A stretch of 63,618 nt of DNA, the filler included, from Licmophora abbreviata (Eukaryota), in assembly GCA_900291995.1 (NCBI GenBank). It is 12 parts of 12 records of this genome, joined end to end, with 100 filler letters (N's around TTAATTAATTAA, not from the genome) between each part and the next. Parts side by side here need not be neighbours in the genome. Positions count along the whole stretch, not along the records: positions 60,044 to 61,666 come from OLMU01000301.1; positions 61,767 to 63,618 come from OLMU01000304.1; 10 more parts are not named here. One strand, written 5' to 3'. Below the pieces are notes generated by a model, which saw only the letters and a list, made by a program, of their open reading frames with translations, ran no database searches and was not told the origin of the DNA. Each line of letters starts with the position of its first letter. The stretch's first letter is position 1. Below are positions 60,044 to 63,618 of the stretch, piece by piece. Both the position numbers and the translations under genes were made by a program.

Positions 60044-60359
60044 GTTGTTGTTGTTGCAGATGACTGTGATCCATTGTGCTACTGGTGATGCTCACCACGC
60101 CAGGAGAAGAAGGCACTGGAAATGATCGGACAGCGTCTTGATGATACTCATCAGTCCGTAGTCGCTTGTTGGCCATGTGCTCGTCGTCGCAATCCTCCAT
60201 CATGTTCACGTCTTGACAATGATGCAGTCTTTCTTCTCCTTCCTCTGTCTGAGAAACGATAGGCATCCCTCCAGCATCGGAGCCAGCAAACGGGCGCTTA
60301 TTGCATCCCTGGTAGCGGGAGTGCTGCTGCTGCGGACGGTGATGTGGTGTGGATGCCAT
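60044..60359 (-). CDS. Hypothetical low-complexity protein, 5' fragment running into the gap at a poly-Q tract
   Basis: Open frame MASTPHHRPQQQH..NKRP..NKRLR..QQQQ with no recognisable domain. Confidence 0.4.
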
Positions 60360-60482
60360 GATGTTGCTTGTCTCTCTGAACGTGTGTTTTGTCGTCGTCC
60401 TCATCACTGTCATCAGCGAGGCCGTCCGCGCCAAAAAAATATTGCTCGCCAAAGACTCTCTCTTGTGCGCGCAAAAAGGCAA

Positions 60483-60554
60483 TGCGCTTGCTGGGAATCG
60501 AACCCAGGTCGACGCAACCACAATGCGTAATACTCACCACTGTACGACAAGCGC
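60483..60554 (-). tRNA. tRNA-His (GTG), intronless
   Basis: The minus strand folds as a cloverleaf: acceptor GCGCTTG/CAAGCGC+A, D-loop AGTGGT, anticodon arm ACGCA-TTGTGGT-TGCGT, T arm CTGGG-TTCGATT-CCCAG. A TTTTT Pol III terminator lies 5 nt downstream. Confidence 0.96.
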
Positions 60555-61086
60555 CGGGAGCAGAAGGCTAAACAAGATTTATAAACATTGTCAGTATCTC
60601 AATTTGTTACAGTTCTTTCGAATGGATTAGAGTAAGCTAGCTACCATAACTGCGGGTGGTGGGTACATCTTCGGCGTTGCGACAAGGACTGTCGAGATTC
60701 ATGCGTTATACAACAGCTTCATCAAAGTGCAAGTAAGTAGTTCCAAGGACCCTATGAGGGAATCTAGAATTTGACCAAGATACAGAAGGCACACAAAACC
60801 CTGACGTGACCGGCGCGCGAATGACGACGAAAAAGGCGCGTTGTCGTCTTCGCCATTCCGACTCACTCTGCAGTCCAAAACACAGGGTATATGATACGGG
60901 CACCAGTTCCGTCCATGGTTGTCGATCCTGGGTCTTTCTGCGCCGATTTTTCTAGTACGCCAACCCTTACGCCCTCGTATCTAACCCTTTGACCGAGATC
61001 GAGAGCCTTGAAAGTCTATCTGAACCAATAGATTCCGAGAACGCCGTCACGCTTTTTCACCGGGGATTGCTAGTACATCTCGGGCC

Positions 61087-61666
61087 ATGCTGCTTCCAAA
61101 CGTGTATTCCTTGGGCTACACTGCAGGCCAGCGACTCCACGCTTTCGTCTCATCTCACACACTACCAGAACTTCCGCCGGGGGAAAGTGTGTATGAGTTC
61201 GTGACGAACGCTCCGTACTGGTACAGAGACTGGTGGCTCAATCTTGTGAGCAAGGACCCCGTCCACGTCTTGGTCGAGACGACTCTTCTGCTTTCGGTCG
61301 TGTACATGGTGGTGGTCCGGAAGAACAGCGATTGGCGAGACGTTCACAAGGAGAGATTGACAGAGCGAGAAAAGGACGAGCTGCTTCAGCAATGGCGCGA
61401 CTACGGTCGAGCGCCGCTTGCGCCACAAAACGAAGACGGCAGTGACGGCCCACGCGAGTCGTCCAAGAGCAACGGCACTAGTACTCTTTCGAGTATGAAC
61501 ATTGTTGTCCACTCTCTAAACGGGAAGAACATGGAGATCGAAATGGGAGACGAGGGTGTCCGAAGACGGGTACTCAACTTTGCCACGCACGATTTCTTGG
61601 GCATGTCGTCCGACTCGCTTTTTACTGAAAGTGATGGACCTGGCCTAGCCATCAAGGATGCGTCTC
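61087..61666 (+). CDS. SPTLC1: Serine palmitoyltransferase subunit 1 (LCB1), 5' part only
   Basis: DPVHVLVE plus TM segment, LTEREKDELLQQW..APL and VLNFATHDFLGM. Truncated by the gap. Confidence 0.8.
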
Positions 61667-61766
61667 NNNNNNNNNNNNNNNNNNNNNNNNNNNNNNNNNN
61701 NNNNNNNNNNTTAATTAATTAANNNNNNNNNNNNNNNNNNNNNNNNNNNNNNNNNNNNNNNNNNNN

Positions 61767-63251
61767 CTGCAGTCGGACTAAGGCACAAAGAATCACTTCT
61801 GGGCAGCTCAACAGGCCCTTGACAAACAGGTCACGGACGCGACCCGCCAGAGACGGAATATCAGACAGATAGAGAAGACGTTGCAAGACCTCGGACGACG
61901 CCCACCCGTACGAGTTCACCGTCAATCCTTGTCCTTCGGGAGCCGCGGTAGATGCATCCGCCATTTCAGCATCGTTCAATGGGCATCTGTACAAGCTCGG
62001 AGGTGCCATCAACAGTGCCTCCATGAGCGTACATTGACCAGCCGTATTCGTCCACAGTGCCGTGAATCCTTTCAAGGGTGGATTGCGCTGAGCACCCGCA
62101 CGGTAAAGCTCCAACAATTTTTGGAACTGTTCCAGGTCGCGAATTACAAATTCTGGATAGTCCCACTGAAGAGCAACCGAATTCCAGTCCAACGACTCGT
62201 AGTCCTTCGCCAAGACTTGCGCAACGACCTTCAGATTCCATCCGGAATCCGACGAGTCGTTACTATCTCTGGCAGGAAGGAGACTGCCGAGAATGGACGC
62301 CGTCAACCCTGACGACGACGGCTCTTCCTCTTTTCGACTTTCACATCCAGAAAAGAAATGAACAAGCTGGGCCACATCCGCAGCGCCGAGACTTCCTGAG
62401 CTAGAGATCTCGCCCAGCGTCTCCCGGAGCGTATTTTCATTCCGTGTGCATGCCGGACCAATATCGGAGAGCATTTTGGCAATGCTTGAGCCACCATTGT
62501 TCGAAGCAAGTCTATCAGAGACTCCTCGCCGCGAAAACCCATCGTCTCCGGATCGAAAAGAGTCCATGGTCTGTGGTGCGACTGGGTCCTGCTGTCGGAT
62601 CTGGCGAAGCACTCGATTCGAAGTTTCCCTGTACTCTTGCCTCTTGTCGAATGCCTGCAGAGTAGTGTGGTTCGCATGAGTTAGAAAAATCGTTCCACAA
62701 AGACCTAATAACACTCGTATGCCAGCGATTGAAGACACGGGACTTACCGTGTGGCTCTCTAGAATGTGCAGGATGCTCCGACGCAAATCTGGGTCCCAAA
62801 GCCGAGTGTTGGGCGCTACAGTGTGTGGGGAGTCGCTCTTAAACGCTGTGTCAAGAGTCTTCAACAAAGCGATCGCTTCCTTGTCGGAACTGCCTTTTCC
62901 AGTTCCTTTTAAATTGTCCTTCTGAATAGCAGCGACCTTCAACGTGATCAAACAACGAACGGGCAGAGAGCGAAATTAGATTTGTGAGGTATCGGCTCCA
63001 CGATCAAGGAAGCACACGAGTTTTTGTATTGATCGTACCAAATGGCTCACAAAATCGACTAGGAGTCGACTGCTATCAATACCAAATCTACTAGTACGTA
63101 GATTTCGTACCAAGGCCCGCAGGCCAATCCTGGTGCTGCGTCCCTCTGCTGTGGGCGCTTGGAAAGCCGCGTCGTTTTCTTCTTGCAAATGAGGGAAACC
63201 ACTAAATTGTCTTTGTGTCTTTCTTGTATCTGCTTCGGTGCCCTCGCTCAT
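61767..63251 (-). CDS. CNOT1: CCR4-NOT scaffold subunit NOT1, 5' part only (intron 62937-63038)
   Basis: WNLKVVAQVL, LDWNSV..WDYPEFVIRD, WTNTAGQ and CPEVILCALV resemble the NOT1 N-terminal HEAT region. Truncated by the gap. Confidence 0.75.
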
Positions 63252-63547
63252 GGGCCATGTTCCCGAACACTCAGATGTCTCTCTCCTGCACGCTGTCTTT
63301 GTGCGCGGATACCAAAAGTCCAAAGTTTGCGTAGAAACCAGTACTGAATGAACGTAAGAGTTCATTTGCCCAAATTTGAAATTGAGAAAAGCCTGACTCC
63401 TGCACGAGACGGTCTGGCGTGGTCTCGCCGGTGACAAAAGTTCAAGAGCAGATCGTGATACATGGCACGCCGACGAGCGCTGTCGCAACAACGGACCCTG
63501 CACCTCACCGTTCTGAAAGCTACTTTAGAGGATCACGCACTACCATC

Positions 63548-63618
63548 ATGGGCGTAGCGAATGATCGAGCCGCCATGCCGCCCCCGGCGGCTCGAAAAGC
63601 CAAGAATGGTTCGAAAAT
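63548..63618 (+). CDS. Possible start of the next gene, divergent from NOT1 and cut by the window edge
   Basis: Open frame MGVANDRAAMPPPAARKAKNGSK runs to the window end; too short to classify. Confidence 0.3.
   Translation, partial: MGVANDRAAMPPPAARKAKNGSK

Noticed and set aside
1..63618. Prokaryotic operon, defence island or CRISPR interpretation of the window
   Set aside because: Spliceosomal introns and eukaryote-specific genes occur throughout. No repeat-spacer array, cas genes or operon structure was seen.

Overview
Gene-dense eukaryotic nuclear DNA, most consistent with a diatom or related photosynthetic stramenopile. Evidence: short GT-AG introns of about 75-150 nt, bipartite signal-peptide plus 'AF' plastid-targeting N-termini, and protein families I recognise from diatoms. 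The window is a scaffold of 12 contigs joined by eleven identical 100-nt artificial linkers (N44-TTAATTAATTAA-N44), and it shows homopolymer-type frameshifts. It holds about 28 protein-coding loci and one tRNA-His gene. Recognised loci: CCDC25, an EVE-domain protein, Tousled-like kinase, an acetylpolyamine amidohydrolase-type deacetylase, an S9A oligopeptidase, an Mpr1-like GNAT, KIN17, an FG-GAP/mucin surface protein, ThrRS, two tandem CDPK-like kinases, a plastid trigger-factor N-domain protein, eIF4A-III, a carboxypeptidase relic, a family-16 methyltransferase, DNA ligase IV, a stand-alone STAND-type ATPase, a GT8-like protein, NAPE-PLD, PA28, a 4x Cys/His-repeat protein, condensin CAP-D2, an ion-channel-type adenylyl cyclase homolog, an hnRNP-Q acidic-domain protein, Mago, LCB1 and NOT1. 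No mobile element, rRNA or CRISPR array was seen. The most interesting items are the channel-cyclase that has lost both metal-binding aspartates, the uncharacterised four-repeat CxxC..H..C protein, the output-less STAND ATPase, and two recurrent intergenic motifs (GAGTGAGTCG and E2F-like TTTTGGCGGGAAA). All family calls come from motif recognition by eye; no searches were run.
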